This document shows positions 23,321 through 24,098 of a DNA stretch of 24,098 bases, one piece after another. The notes under the pieces were generated by a model that ran no database searches, was not told where the DNA came from, and saw only the letters and a program-made list of their open reading frames with translations. Origin of the DNA: a virus (lineage: Duplodnaviria > Caudoviricetes); the IMG/VR virus record IMGVR_UViG_3300009602_002561, positions 1 to 24,098 of that record; one strand, 5' to 3'. Position numbers and translations under genes: made by a program. The stretch's first letter is position 1. The number at the start of each line of letters is the position of its first letter.

Positions 23321-23339
23321 CGTGCCGAGGAGGCCGTGC

Positions 23340-23684
23340 ATGTCGACAGAACAGCAGGTTCAACAGTCGCTGAGCGATCTTCCGTTGTGGCTGCTGCTGT
23401 TGATCGGCCTGGCTGGGTTGGTCGGCGAGATGCGCCAGGCTGACAAGGCAGGCCTCGTGGCTGGTGAGCTGGTCAAGCGTGTAATGGTGAGGTTCGGTTC
23501 GTCCGCGCTGTTCGGCATGGCCACGCTGATGTTCGTCTACTGGCTGAAGCAGGACTACATGCTGGCCGGTGCGCTGGGTATTGGCGTAGGCCTGGTCGGT
23601 GCTGACATGGCCGGCGCGTTGTATAGCCGCTATCTCGCCAAGCGGGTTGGGCTGGGTGAGGTGCCGCCGGTCCAGCCGCAGTGA
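23340..23684 (+). CDS. Phage holin (PA0614/LydA-like)
   Basis: LSDLPLWLLLLIGLAGLVGEMRQADKAG...GAD...LY.R..AKRVG with three hydrophobic segments. GAGGAGG RBS. Confidence 0.85.
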   Translation: MSTEQQVQQSLSDLPLWLLLLIGLAGLVGEMRQADKAGLVAGELVKRVMVRFGSSALFGMATLMFVYWLKQDYMLAGALGIGVGLVGADMAGALYSRYLAKRVGLGEVPPVQPQ

Positions 23685-24079
23685 GCAACCATGCCCCTCG
23701 GCCATGCTGCCATGCTGGCTGTGGTCGGTTGGTGGCGAATGGAAGCTACTGCCCAACGCATCAGCAGCTCGCAGACGACAGGCGCGAGGCGCAGCTCAAG
23801 TCAGCCAACAAGCGATACAACCGGACGCGCTCCGAGTCGGACAAGTTCTACAGCACGTCGGCGTGGCGGCGCTTCCGCTCGCACTACCTGATCATGAATC
23901 CGCTGTGCGTTGACTGTGAGGCAGACGGCATCGTCGAGCCGGCTGTGGTGGTCGACCACATCAAGCCGTTCAAGGACTTCCCTGATCTGGCCCTGGACGA
24001 GGCAAACATGCGCGGATTGTGCCGATTGCACGACAACCGTCGCCGCCATGACCGTCGCGGCAGGGGTGGGGCGGGGTGA
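23681..24079 (+). CDS. HNH endonuclease (terminase-associated, HK97 gp74-like)
   Basis: PC..AGC...YCPTH, FY....WR..R, PLCVDC, VVDHIKP, NMRGLCRLHDN. Confidence 0.92.
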   Translation: MSNHAPRPCCHAGCGRLVANGSYCPTHQQLADDRREAQLKSANKRYNRTRSESDKFYSTSAWRRFRSHYLIMNPLCVDCEADGIVEPAVVVDHIKPFKDFPDLALDEANMRGLCRLHDNRRRHDRRGRGGAG

Positions 24080-24098
24080 AAGTCTAGGAAATTCGGGC
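24062..24098. other. Possible cos region
   Basis: G-rich GGGGTGGGGCGGGGTGAAAGTCT at the end of the HNH gene, the position and style of cos sites in HNH-terminase phages. Confidence 0.35.

Larger units (their letters stand above)
4133..24098. mobile_element. Temperate (lambdoid-organised) prophage, left part; continues beyond the window
   Basis: Contiguous integrase, excisionase, early operon, CI/Cro, primase/helicase, origin, holin and HNH genes starting at the trpG stub. Confidence 0.95.

Noticed and set aside
4133-24098. P4-like satellite or tailocin rather than prophage
   Set aside because: It has a full CI/Cro switch, replication module, holin and packaging-type HNH, consistent with an autonomous temperate phage. 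Structural genes lie outside the window, so completeness is unverified.

Overview
This is a GC-rich, Pseudomonas-type (probably stutzeri-group) chromosomal segment. The host part (1-~4130) carries trpE and a MASE3-GGDEF-EAL c-di-GMP enzyme. At ~4133 the first 7 codons of what looks like trpG (MLLMLDN) break off, marking the left attachment site of a temperate prophage that fills the rest of the window. The prophage contains, in order: a P4-family integrase; a cargo block (STAS-HATPase kinase-like gene, STAS/DUF4325 gene, unknown gene); an AlpA-type excisionase; a long leftward early operon (NinX-like, HD hydrolase, DEDDh exonuclease, YfdQ/YfdP, PrtN-like, KilA-C antirepressor, Lar/DUF3310); a LexA-boxed DUF1654 gene; a DUF4258/HTH toxin-antitoxin pair; an RsmN-like CsrA homolog; a CI/Cro switch with six 15-bp operators; CII-like and DksA/TraR genes; a split primase and helicase; an iteron origin; a PA0613-like late regulator; holin; and HNH. 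Four things stand out. (i) There appears to be an RNA-level regulatory layer: a hairpin array with recurring CUUACCA loops and GAGACACAGC motifs shared with left-operon leaders, plus a phage RsmN with GGA-loop sites on its own, cro and holin RBSs. (ii) Cro has an (ERRxx)5 tail resembling tandem c-di-GMP-binding RxxxR motifs. (iii) The STAS/HATPase partner-switch cargo. (iv) Gene order and insertion locus mirror the P. aeruginosa trpE-trpG pyocin regulatory region. All family assignments are from motif recognition by eye, not database searches.
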